This document shows, piece after piece, positions 19,092 through 28,393 of a stretch of DNA of 64,000 nt. The position numbers and the translations under genes were made by a program. Each line of letters begins with the position of its first letter. Within the stretch, counting starts at the first letter, position 1. The stretch spans positions 28,649 to 92,648 of the forward strand of contig RDYW01000033.1 of NCBI GenBank assembly GCA_004293485.1, read 5' to 3'. Source of the DNA: Sphingobacteriales bacterium. GTDB lineage: Bacteria; Bacteroidota; Bacteroidia; Sphingobacteriales; Sphingobacteriaceae. A model generated the notes under the pieces. The model saw nothing but the letters and a program-made list of their open reading frames with translations. It did no database searches and was not told the origin of the DNA.

Positions 19092-19766
19092 TTACTTACC
19101 AGCCACGCAAATAACAAATTCTCCTTTTAAAATATTGTTTTGATAATGTGAAATTATTTCTTCGATAGTTCCTCGAACATTTTCTTCAAATATTTTACTT
19201 AGCTCTCTTGCTACCGAAACTTGCCTATCGTTACCAAAATACACTTTAAACTCGTTTAAAGTTTTTAATAATCGGTGTGGCGATTCGTAAAAAATCATGG
19301 TTCGGGTTTCAGTTACCAATTCTTTCATGCGGGTTTGTCTCCCTTTTTTTACAGGTAAAAAGCCCTCAAAACAAAATCTATCATTAGCCAAGCCCGAGTT
19401 TACCAATGCTGGTACAAAGGCCGTTGCACCTGGCAAGCATTCGATGGTTAAGCCTGCATGTATTACTGCCCTTACCAATAAAAAACCTGGGTCGCTAATG
19501 GCAGGTGTACCGGCATCGGATATTAAAGCAATATTTTGCCCTTGGTTTAAAAACCGTACAATTTCGTTTACTGCCTTATGTTCGTTGTGTTGATGGTGGG
19601 CATACACCTTTTTATCAATGCCAAAATGTTTTAATAATGGTGCCGAAGTGCGGGTGTCTTCGGCCAATATCACATCCACTTCTTTTAAAATCCTTATAGC
19701 CCTAAAGGTGATGTCTTCTAAATTTCCTATAGGTGTGGGTACTAAAAATAGTTTTCCAGTTATCAT
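19092..19766 (-). CDS. rsmI: 16S rRNA (cytidine1402-2'-O)-methyltransferase
   Basis: VPTPIGNLEDIT, AEDTRTS, SDAGTPAISDPG, FEGFLP, YESPHR, RELSKIFEE. Confidence 0.97.
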   Translation of the reverse strand: MITGKLFLVPTPIGNLEDITFRAIRILKEVDVILAEDTRTSAPLLKHFGIDKKVYAHHQHNEHKAVNEIVRFLNQGQNIALISDAGTPAISDPGFLLVRAVIHAGLTIECLPGATAFVPALVNSGLANDRFCFEGFLPVKKGRQTRMKELVTETRTMIFYESPHRLLKTLNEFKVYFGNDRQVSVARELSKIFEENVRGTIEEIISHYQNNILKGEFVICVAGK

Positions 19767-19925
19767 GTATTTATGCGTTATCTTTTTTGATAAAATACCA
19801 ATGGGTATTTATTATAATATTTGTATTTAGTATTTTGAAATAAATGTATAACTAAAAAATGGGTATTGCTATAAGATACAAGTTAGTTTATTGATACCAA
19901 AAAAAATTACAAACCCCACCTAAAC

Positions 19926-19962
19926 AAAAAAAGCTACCAAACCTAAGTTTGGTAGCTTTTTT
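19926..19962. terminator. Intrinsic terminator downstream of the T9SS cargo gene
   Basis: AAAAAAGCTACCAAAC-ctaa-GTTTGGTAGCTTTTTT, a perfect inverted repeat with A/T tracts on both sides. Confidence 0.85.
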
Positions 19963-19979
19963 AAAATAAAATTATTCGA

Positions 19980-21257
19980 TTATTCTACTACTAGTTTGCT
20001 TCTGGTAGTTGAAGCTGCACTTGTAATTTCGATAATATATACTCCTTTAGCTAAAGATGATGTGTTTACAGCACCTGCACCAGCTTTAGAAGCTACTTTT
20101 TTACCTGCTAAATCAAATATAGAAACTGATTTTACTTCGCTATTACCTGCAACAACGTTTACTACACCGCCAGTTGCTGGGTTAGGGAAAAAGGTTGGGG
20201 CTACATCAAAGCCTTTTGCTGAAGCTACTAAATCGTAAGCATTTGATGATCCATCGGTATCTGTTGAAGATAATTTATAGTAGTTAGTTCCTGGTAAAGG
20301 GTTTGCATCAACATGTGATTTAGCATCTTTACCCAAAGTAGCAATAGATACAAAGTTACCTGAAGCATCTTTTCTTAATACTGATATAGAAGCCACTTTA
20401 TCGTTGCTTGTAAAATCCCAAGTTACTAGGTTACCCGCTGCAGTTGATTTTGCGTTTAATGCAGTAAGGGCTAAAGGAAGCACATTAAGCGTTTGAAAAT
20501 AAGTGCTTTTTAATTTAACACCATCAAAAGAGCCTATACCGGCGTCATGTGCACTAACCAACCGCAGTTGAGTTATGCTACCAATAGAATTAAACCACGC
20601 AGTGTATTGGTAAGTTGGTTCTGAAAAATCGGCCATTGGGGCAGTAGCACCAAAATAATCGGCCCATACATCATATCTCACTACCGCATCACCAAACATG
20701 GTTGCATGTATTAGGTAGTAGTGTGGGGTAAATACAGATACAGTACCTTGTTGATCAGAGTTTGCACCTGTAAATGTATTATCTGGCCAAGCAGAACCAG
20801 TACCAATTAAGCCGTCATTTGTTTTACCGAAATATCCTTTTTCTCGGTTACTAGCATCGCTATTAAAAAAAGAGAATCCACCATATTGTACATCACTAGT
20901 ACCTGTTACATGGTAGTTAAAACCTGCCCAAAACGAAGTACCCGCTTCGTTAATTACTGGGTTGGTAAATAACCTGTGTCTGCCTGCAGTCCATCCTCCT
21001 TTAAATTCGGCATGGTTACCAACGGTATTAACACCAATATTGCCTGCTACTACTTGGGCGGTTAGAGGGTCATTATCTACTACTGGGGCTAATTCACCTT
21101 TTTTCCAAGCACCATCCCAACCTGTACCACCATTTAGGCCAGCCAATGCACCAGCTGGGTATTCAAAATTTTCTACAGCATCTACCTGGGCATTTGCTGT
21201 TAAAGTTACTACCGAGAAACAAAGCCCAGCAGCTAATTTTAGTAAATTTGTTTTCAT
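19980..21257 (-). CDS. Secreted protein with T9SS type A C-terminal sorting domain; N-domain of unknown function
   Basis: Signal peptide (ANA-Q), LPLALTAL linker plus Ig-like module with YYKL, C-terminal FFPNPA...IFDLAGK...LAKGVYIIEI...KLVVE. Confidence 0.88.
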   Translation of the reverse strand: MKTNLLKLAAGLCFSVVTLTANAQVDAVENFEYPAGALAGLNGGTGWDGAWKKGELAPVVDNDPLTAQVVAGNIGVNTVGNHAEFKGGWTAGRHRLFTNPVINEAGTSFWAGFNYHVTGTSDVQYGGFSFFNSDASNREKGYFGKTNDGLIGTGSAWPDNTFTGANSDQQGTVSVFTPHYYLIHATMFGDAVVRYDVWADYFGATAPMADFSEPTYQYTAWFNSIGSITQLRLVSAHDAGIGSFDGVKLKSTYFQTLNVLPLALTALNAKSTAAGNLVTWDFTSNDKVASISVLRKDASGNFVSIATLGKDAKSHVDANPLPGTNYYKLSSTDTDGSSNAYDLVASAKGFDVAPTFFPNPATGGVVNVVAGNSEVKSVSIFDLAGKKVASKAGAGAVNTSSLAKGVYIIEITSAASTTRSKLVVE

Positions 21258-21449
21258 TTTTTTGTTCTTTTTAAGTTAATTAAATAATTGAGTTTATAAA
21301 ATTTTACTGCTGTATTAGGTACTAAAACTTAGGCAGAATAAATAATATAGTTTATAAATTTATTGGTATGTAAAAGTATGTAAGCTGTTACTTTAAAATA
21401 TATGCTTTGTTGGCAAATTATTGTATTATTTTACCTATTTGTTTTATTT

Positions 21450-22769
21450 TTATTTAAATTTTTTGGTATATAACCGGGCTATTTTTTTTCCTTGCGTAGC
21501 ACCTTCTTCAACTGCTGCTTTGTAATGTATGCCGCCGTATATTCTGCTTATACTTACTTCGTTAGCTGCTTCTTTAATAGTATTAAAATGCCGTTTTAAG
21601 CCTAAATATTGTACTTCTGTAGTATCGGTAAAGGCTATATTATTGCCCCAAATAGCACTAAGTATGCCAGCGGCGGCCGATGATATTACACTGTGCCCAC
21701 TAATGTATTCGGGGAAAGGTGGGGTTTGTAATATGGGGTTCCAGTTTCTATCAATGTTTTCTTGTATTACGGTAATGGGCCTTACGGTTTTACTTTTGTA
21801 TTTTTCGGTCCAGCAGGTTATAAAACCATCGAACATGGCGGCCGCTGCCAAGGCGTAAACCTTGGCGGTAGTTATTTCGCTGGCTTTTTGTTGCTTGCTT
21901 AATATGGCTATAATACCCATCCAATGGCCGGGTGGGGTGGTTTTTTTGCTGGCGTAGGTTAAATGCCCATCATGCTGGGTAACAAATGCGTTATCGTCCC
22001 AGTAGCGGGCAATGGTATCTTGCGTAGGGCTGCTGTTTTTAACCGCATTATAGGTTTCTATGAGTTGTTTATAATACACACTTGTATTGGCTAGGCTATA
22101 AACCGGTGGTGGTGGTGGCGCAAATTGTGATGCCGAATCTAATAATAAGCATTTAATTTTAGGCCAGTTGGGTTCTACGGCATCAAAATAATCGGGTGGG
22201 GTAGGTTGCCAAATACCTGCTTGGGTATAAACGGTATATTTGGGCATGCCACGGGTAAGTTTGTAATTATCGACTTTGCTACGCAAAAGTATGGTGCCTG
22301 CAATGGTATCGCCAAAAGCTACCGAATTTTGATATACATTATCCAGCAAAGCATCTTTAAACTGGGCTAGTATTTTTTCTTCGGTTTGCTTTAAAGTGTC
22401 TTTAGAAAAAGTGAGTGCCTTGGCCACTTTAAAAAAAGCTTTTACGGCGGCAAGGTTATAATTACAATTTTTGGCATCGCTGGGCAGGGGCATAGGGGCA
22501 AAGCCTTTTAATTTAGCCGTTATAGATGGTGTATTTTTTGCTTTACCACGTAAGGCTTCGTAGTACGCCAAATTGCTGTATGCGTAAATACGGCTGGCTA
22601 CAGGTGGGTTAAATATGTCATATACAATAACATCGGTAAGGCGGTGCTGGCAAATGTGTTGTAGGCTGTTAAAATCTATGTTTAACTTGCTTTGTTTTTT
22701 ATGGTTGCAGGCTAAAAACGGCAACGCAAAAGCAAAGATAAAAAAGAAGGTTTTTGTTGTTTTTAACAT
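21450..22769 (-). CDS. Vanadium-dependent haloperoxidase / PAP2-family lipoprotein
   Basis: Lipobox FLAC; KYKSKTVRP (K-x6-RP), TPPGHW, PPFPEYISGHS, SRIYGGIHY. Confidence 0.88.
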   Translation of the reverse strand: MLKTTKTFFFIFAFALPFLACNHKKQSKLNIDFNSLQHICQHRLTDVIVYDIFNPPVASRIYAYSNLAYYEALRGKAKNTPSITAKLKGFAPMPLPSDAKNCNYNLAAVKAFFKVAKALTFSKDTLKQTEEKILAQFKDALLDNVYQNSVAFGDTIAGTILLRSKVDNYKLTRGMPKYTVYTQAGIWQPTPPDYFDAVEPNWPKIKCLLLDSASQFAPPPPPVYSLANTSVYYKQLIETYNAVKNSSPTQDTIARYWDDNAFVTQHDGHLTYASKKTTPPGHWMGIIAILSKQQKASEITTAKVYALAAAAMFDGFITCWTEKYKSKTVRPITVIQENIDRNWNPILQTPPFPEYISGHSVISSAAAGILSAIWGNNIAFTDTTEVQYLGLKRHFNTIKEAANEVSISRIYGGIHYKAAVEEGATQGKKIARLYTKKFK

Positions 22770-22774
22770 TATTT

Positions 22775-25700
22775 TTAATTTAAAACTGTGCGTGTTTGCT
22801 GTTTGTTATTTACAATTTGTATGCTTTTTATATGATGGTTAAGCTGTATAAACCTTGCCGATTGTGATAAATACGATGTGCCGTAGTTAAATTCTTCTTT
22901 TCGTTTTTTGCCATTTTTTAGTGTGATGATGGCGTATTGGTCGTTATTGTTTAGGGTTATTATTTTACCCTTGTTTAGTTTATTGCTAAATGTTTTTAGT
23001 TTGCCACCATTTTGGGTAGCCATTAATACAGGTTTATTGTTTATTAAAGTACTTATTAATGCTTTGCCATTAGATGGGATAAATAAACCACTTTGTAATA
23101 TAGATAGGGGCTTAAAATTACCTTTACCATCGCCTTTTAATAGCAAACCGTTCATGGCATCGTTTCGGCCTAGCATAGGTGCCATGCCATAATCGTTGCT
23201 ATTAAGGGCAATATCTATATTGCCATCGCCATCAAAATCATTTACTACCATACCGTTTATGTTGCTAAGCTGTGCCTGCATGGGTAGGCGGTGGATTTGA
23301 AATTGCATATTGCCTTTGTTTTCGACCCATACGGTCGAAAAATTTTGAACACTTAGTTTTAATGCGCTTTTTAATTCGTCGGGGCTAAACACATCGGGCA
23401 TGGTAGCTTTGGCATATAATGCGTAGTTAGGGAATTTGGTTTTTATATACGATAGTTCTCTAATTATCTCATCACGCCCAGCGGTGGGATACTCTAAAAA
23501 CGAAGCGTGTGGTGCCGATGGTAGCCAGGTGCTAAATACTACATCGAAACTGCCATTATTATCAAAATCTTTGGCATAGGCATTTACAGGTTGCTGTGCC
23601 GATGCTTTGTAAAAACTGTTTTCTCCAAAGTTACCTACTACGTAATCCATATCGCCATCGTTATCTATATCGGCCGAAGAAATGCTATTGAACCAACCAT
23701 TTTGGGTAGCAAAATCGGTTTCGATGGCCGAAAATTTGCCGCCAATATTTTTAAATATAGTAATGGGCATCCACTCGCCTACTACAATTAAATCTAGCAA
23801 GCCATCGTTATTGGCATCGGTCCAGGTGGCATCGCATACCAAGCCAAAATTTTGTAGGGTAGTAGCTACCTCATTGGTAACATCGGTAAATACAACTTTG
23901 CCATTGCTGCTATCGTTACGCAAAATAGTGCTATTTACAGGCATGGGGTAAACGCCAGGGCGTACACGGCCACCAATAAATAAGTCTAAATCACCATCTG
24001 CATCGTAATCGGCAGCTTTTACACAGCTTCTACTGGTGGTATTGGCAGGTATGGCAGTGGCTAATTCGGTAAAATTTGCTTTGCCATCGTTTATGTAAAA
24101 TTTATCGGCATAATCTTTGGCATCAGGAAATTTTTCGTTGCTGCCACTGGCTACGTATATATCCATGTCGTTATCATTATCGGCATCAAAAAGACAAATG
24201 CCCATATCATCGCTTGTGCGGGTTTTTATTTCGGGTAAAATTGCTTTTGAGGTAAATTTTCCTGTGGTGTTTTGTATAAATAATTTAAGGTTGTTAGGAA
24301 ACCCGCCGCCTACTAGTACATCAGGTAAGCCATCGCCGTTTACATCGGCGGAAACTAAAGATGGCCCTTGTTGTGATAGCTTGCGAGGTAATAAGCGCTG
24401 TACGTTAAAGTCAACAAATTCTGTTTCGGTGGCCGTAAAATTAAAGCCAATATTTTTGGTGATATCGGTAAACCAATTGTTTGTTGCTAAAATTGGGCTA
24501 GTTGCTGGCTGTACTTGTTGTGCTTGTTGTATATTAATAGTGATGGTTTTGTTTGTTGCCACATTAAATAATTTTTGTGTTTTAAAGCCAGGCCATTGCA
24601 CCAATATCGAATCAATTAAGGTGGTTTTTCCTAATCCAAAATGAGCTATGTTTTCTACGCTTGATAAATATCCCCGGTAAGGGTTACATTCGTAAACCTG
24701 TTGTTGCCCATTATAATAAAGGTGTAATTTAGTACCTATACCATTAAGGTTGCTTGGGCTTCCGTTAAGTTTTATGCGTATGTAATTGCTGCCTGCTTGG
24801 TAGGTAGGCTGGCTATCGGTTTTGTTTTCATTAGTGGTATTTTCTAGTAGTGATGCTTCCATATTGGTGTTGTTAACTACTACATCAATATCGCCATCGT
24901 TATCAAAATCGGCATAAGCCATACCCGATGAAAAAGTGGGTGTTTGCCAGCCCCATTCTAATGTTTTATCGGTAAAGGTAGCATTGCCGTTGTTTTTATA
25001 CATGTAGTTGGGTATTTTTAAAGATGGAATACGACTTAAAATTTCCTTTAAAGGGGTTTTGGCATTGGATAATTCGCGGTAGGCTATAAAGTCTAAATCG
25101 GTTACATCTTTAGGCAATCCATTTGTAATCATTAAATCTCTAAGTCCGTCGTTATCTACATCAACTAAAAGTGGTGCCCAGCTCCAATCGGTTTGTGCTA
25201 TGCCACTAAAATAAGCAATATCGCTAAAAATAGGTGCGCCAATACTATCGTTGGCTAACATTCTATTGCCTTGATTTAGTTGTAGGCAGTTATGAATATT
25301 TTGTTGTGTGTAACCCATTTCGTCCATTTTTCTAACTACATTGTAGCTGTTAATGGTGTACATCATTTTTATACGGTAATTATCCTGTGGCGACATGTCT
25401 AACTCTACAATATCTACCAAGCCATCGTTGTTAATATCGGCAATATCGTTGCCCATAGCATTACGGCTGATATGTTTAAATGTGCTTGGTGCCTTGTTGG
25501 TAAAAGTGCCGTTGCGGTTATTGATATAGAGTAAGTTGTTCGACATGTAATCGTTGCTTACATAAATATCTTTGTAGCCATCGTTATTTATATCCACTAT
25601 ATTTATTCCTAAACCATAGCCTTCGGCAGTTATGCCCGCTTTTTTGCTTACATCGGTAAAAACGGGGTGTTTTAATTTGGCATCCCAGTTGTTTTGATAC

Positions 25701-26350
25701 AACTTATCGGTTGATGGCCTTGTGCCATCATTTACTACTGGGCTAATTGTATTTACATCATCATTGTATAAGTTTACCAATAAATACACATCTAAATCGC
25801 CATCGTTATCGTAATCAAAAAAACTGGCCATGGTGGTACTGCTGGTATCGGCAAGGCCGTATTCTTCGGCCATTTCCTTAAATATGGGTTGGTTTTTATC
25901 GTTAGTTTTTTGATTAACGTATAATAAGTTTTTTTTGGGACCGCTTGATGCATGCCTTAAACAACTAATATAAATATCCATTAAGCCATCATTATTAATA
26001 TCTACCACGCTTACGCCATTGCTCCATACATATTTGCGCAATACTCCCGCTTTTGCGGTAACATCTTCAAATTTAAAACCGCCTTTATTAAGGTACAAAC
26101 TAGGGGGAACTCGGTTACCTGCAAAGTAAATATCGGGCAAGCCATCGTTATTAAAATCGCCAATGCCTACACCTGCACCATTGTATAGGTATTCGTTACG
26201 GATAATGTTAAAGTCTGCATCTTCTACTATTTGGTTGTTAAAATAAATACCGCTTTCACTAGCGGGTATTTCGCGGTACAATGGTTGTTCTTTTTTTTTA
26301 CAGGAAACAAAAAATAAAGATAAGCAAAGGGTATAAAATATAAATTTCAT
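22775..26350 (-). CDS. FG-GAP/VCBS-repeat lipoprotein with ASPIC/UnbV domain (CRTAC1-like)
   Basis: Lipobox FVSC; about 14 D-x-x-x-D-G-x-x-D repeats in two groups separated by the ASPIC/UnbV motif RGYLSSVENIAHFGLG. Confidence 0.9.
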   Translation of the reverse strand: MKFIFYTLCLSLFFVSCKKKEQPLYREIPASESGIYFNNQIVEDADFNIIRNEYLYNGAGVGIGDFNNDGLPDIYFAGNRVPPSLYLNKGGFKFEDVTAKAGVLRKYVWSNGVSVVDINNDGLMDIYISCLRHASSGPKKNLLYVNQKTNDKNQPIFKEMAEEYGLADTSSTTMASFFDYDNDGDLDVYLLVNLYNDDVNTISPVVNDGTRPSTDKLYQNNWDAKLKHPVFTDVSKKAGITAEGYGLGINIVDINNDGYKDIYVSNDYMSNNLLYINNRNGTFTNKAPSTFKHISRNAMGNDIADINNDGLVDIVELDMSPQDNYRIKMMYTINSYNVVRKMDEMGYTQQNIHNCLQLNQGNRMLANDSIGAPIFSDIAYFSGIAQTDWSWAPLLVDVDNDGLRDLMITNGLPKDVTDLDFIAYRELSNAKTPLKEILSRIPSLKIPNYMYKNNGNATFTDKTLEWGWQTPTFSSGMAYADFDNDGDIDVVVNNTNMEASLLENTTNENKTDSQPTYQAGSNYIRIKLNGSPSNLNGIGTKLHLYYNGQQQVYECNPYRGYLSSVENIAHFGLGKTTLIDSILVQWPGFKTQKLFNVATNKTITINIQQAQQVQPATSPILATNNWFTDITKNIGFNFTATETEFVDFNVQRLLPRKLSQQGPSLVSADVNGDGLPDVLVGGGFPNNLKLFIQNTTGKFTSKAILPEIKTRTSDDMGICLFDADNDNDMDIYVASGSNEKFPDAKDYADKFYINDGKANFTELATAIPANTTSRSCVKAADYDADGDLDLFIGGRVRPGVYPMPVNSTILRNDSSNGKVVFTDVTNEVATTLQNFGLVCDATWTDANNDGLLDLIVVGEWMPITIFKNIGGKFSAIETDFATQNGWFNSISSADIDNDGDMDYVVGNFGENSFYKASAQQPVNAYAKDFDNNGSFDVVFSTWLPSAPHASFLEYPTAGRDEIIRELSYIKTKFPNYALYAKATMPDVFSPDELKSALKLSVQNFSTVWVENKGNMQFQIHRLPMQAQLSNINGMVVNDFDGDGNIDIALNSNDYGMAPMLGRNDAMNGLLLKGDGKGNFKPLSILQSGLFIPSNGKALISTLINNKPVLMATQNGGKLKTFSNKLNKGKIITLNNNDQYAIITLKNGKKRKEEFNYGTSYLSQSARFIQLNHHIKSIQIVNNKQQTRTVLN
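24788..24809. repeat. Degenerate CCTGCCTGCCGGCAGGCAGG-type palindrome, in frame inside the ASPIC/UnbV gene
   Basis: GCTGCCTGCTTGGTAGGTAGGC; hairpin GCCTGCTT/AGGTAGGC; resembles the copies at 51039 and 51074; reads QPTYQAG on the coding strand. Confidence 0.55.
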
Positions 26351-26440
26351 GTCGAGGAGTTTGCTTTGTGTGGTTTATTAGCCGTCTAAAGTATAAAAAA
26401 ACAATCAGTATCAAAAAAGATAATATAGTTTTTTTTGAAA

Positions 26441-28381
26441 TTAATCGGTTTTAAAAGGCGATACAGGCAAACCATCAAGTGTTAATAAATTGCAGGTAGG
26501 ATTATTTGCCCACGCATACCTTACCGCTGTGGGTTTAGCTATACTATTGGCCCATACTATAATTTGTTTGCCTTTTATTTTGGCTTTTGCCCATACAAAT
26601 TTACCCATAGCCGAACGAATAGCAAAGCCTTTTAACGGTTGATTATTTTTACTTTTAAAGCCCTGGGTATTGGCCGAAAATGATAAGCATATACTATTTC
26701 CTTTTGTTTTTGAGGATTTGAAAATGGGCGTTATAAAGCTGTTATCATGCTTGTAGGCAATATCGAGTGCAGCCAATGCAAAACGCTGACCACAGGCTTG
26801 TTTGTTTTTAAAATGCACATCTTCATCAAGGCCTAAATCTATATTTACCACCATGGCCGTGTTGGGTAAACTTAGGGTTTGTAGCTGGGCGTTTCTTACT
26901 ATTGCGGTATTACTTTTTTCGACAGGCATAGTGGTTTTTGCACCATAATTGGCCAGTTGCCCATAAATAAAGGGGAGCTTGGCTTGGTTAAGCTGGCTGC
27001 GCCAATTGTTTATTAATATAGGGAATAGGCTTTGGTAAAGTGGGGCATTTTTATCGTTGCTTTCGCCTTGGTACCAAATTATACCTTTTAAAGCATAAGG
27101 CAACAAGGGCGCAATTTTGGCATTGTAAATATAGGCTGGGCTGTTATATGGCTCGGCCCATAAAGGGGTTTGGGGTTCAATGTTTTGGTTAAATTTCCAA
27201 TTACCTGCAAGGGTTATTTTAAACTTTTTGTTATTGCTTTGGGCAAATAAATCATTGGCTTTGCTATCAAAACCGCCCACGCCGTACCTTGCAAGCACCC
27301 TTATCGTTATTTGGTTGTTACCCGATTTTAAAATACTGTGGGGTACGGTATATTGTATCATGGGGTTTTGGTTTAGGCGTTCTACCTTTTGCCCGTTTAC
27401 ATAGCAAATGTTTTCGTTGCTAATTTCGCCAAAGGTTAAAATAAAATCTTTTTTTGTTTCCCTTGGGGGGATGTTTACCGTTTTACGAAACCAGCAATAA
27501 CCGTAAAAATTGTTTATACCAACGCTTGTAAGTTTGGCAGGTAATATGATGGTTTGCCATGTACTGTCATCATAATTAGGGGCAAAAACTTTTTGGTTTA
27601 TCCCGTTTTCCGAATATTTTAAAATAGAATCTCTTAGTGTATTGGTGGCATTAAATTTTTCGTAACCATTATCAAAATTTGTGGTATCGGCTATTTGTGT
27701 AGCCATTGCGCTGGCGTATTCGGGGTGTGTTTTTAGCATTTCGGTACTCATCCAGCTTTCTATTTTTGTACCTCCCCACGATGAGTGTATGATACCGATG
27801 GGGATGTTTAATTTTTTTTGCAAATCTTGGGCAAAAAAATAGGCTAGGGCCGAAAACTGTGGCGATGTTTTCGGGTTACTTTCTACCCATTCGCCACCGC
27901 TTACATCGGGCTGTGGCTTATTATTCAAATCATCGGCAACGGTAAAAAAACGGATGTTGGGGTTGGTGGAGTTTTTAATGGCTTCGTCTTTATTTAATAC
28001 GCCCCAATCTAATTGCCAGCCCATGTTTGATTGGCCAGCGGCTAGCCACACATCGCCCACCAAAACATTGTTAATAGTTATGGTATCATTAGTTTGATAA
28101 ATTTTTAAATGATAAGGGCCGCCAGCTTTTTGGGCGGGTAAATAGGCCATCCACTTGCCTGCAGCATTGGTTATTGCCGTAGTAATGGTATTTGCAAACA
28201 GAATGTTTACTTTGGTATCGGCCTTAGCCCAACCCCAAATAGGGGTATTTACTTGGCGTTGCAAAACCATATTGTGGCTAAAAATATGTGCCACTTTTAA
28301 ATGCTGCAAAGTTTGGGCATACGTTTTATTTTGCCCTCCCCAAATTAATAATAACACTAAAACAGTTGCCCTAACTTTCAT
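26441..28381 (-). CDS. Sialate O-acetylesterase (SASA/SGNH) family with inserted sugar-binding domain
   Basis: GDVWLAAGQSNM, SWGGTKIESW, GIIWYQGESN, PFIYGQLAN, DVHFKNK, AVRYAWANNP. Confidence 0.9.
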   Translation of the reverse strand: MKVRATVLVLLLIWGGQNKTYAQTLQHLKVAHIFSHNMVLQRQVNTPIWGWAKADTKVNILFANTITTAITNAAGKWMAYLPAQKAGGPYHLKIYQTNDTITINNVLVGDVWLAAGQSNMGWQLDWGVLNKDEAIKNSTNPNIRFFTVADDLNNKPQPDVSGGEWVESNPKTSPQFSALAYFFAQDLQKKLNIPIGIIHSSWGGTKIESWMSTEMLKTHPEYASAMATQIADTTNFDNGYEKFNATNTLRDSILKYSENGINQKVFAPNYDDSTWQTIILPAKLTSVGINNFYGYCWFRKTVNIPPRETKKDFILTFGEISNENICYVNGQKVERLNQNPMIQYTVPHSILKSGNNQITIRVLARYGVGGFDSKANDLFAQSNNKKFKITLAGNWKFNQNIEPQTPLWAEPYNSPAYIYNAKIAPLLPYALKGIIWYQGESNDKNAPLYQSLFPILINNWRSQLNQAKLPFIYGQLANYGAKTTMPVEKSNTAIVRNAQLQTLSLPNTAMVVNIDLGLDEDVHFKNKQACGQRFALAALDIAYKHDNSFITPIFKSSKTKGNSICLSFSANTQGFKSKNNQPLKGFAIRSAMGKFVWAKAKIKGKQIIVWANSIAKPTAVRYAWANNPTCNLLTLDGLPVSPFKTD

Positions 28382-28393
28382 TGATTTTTAAGC

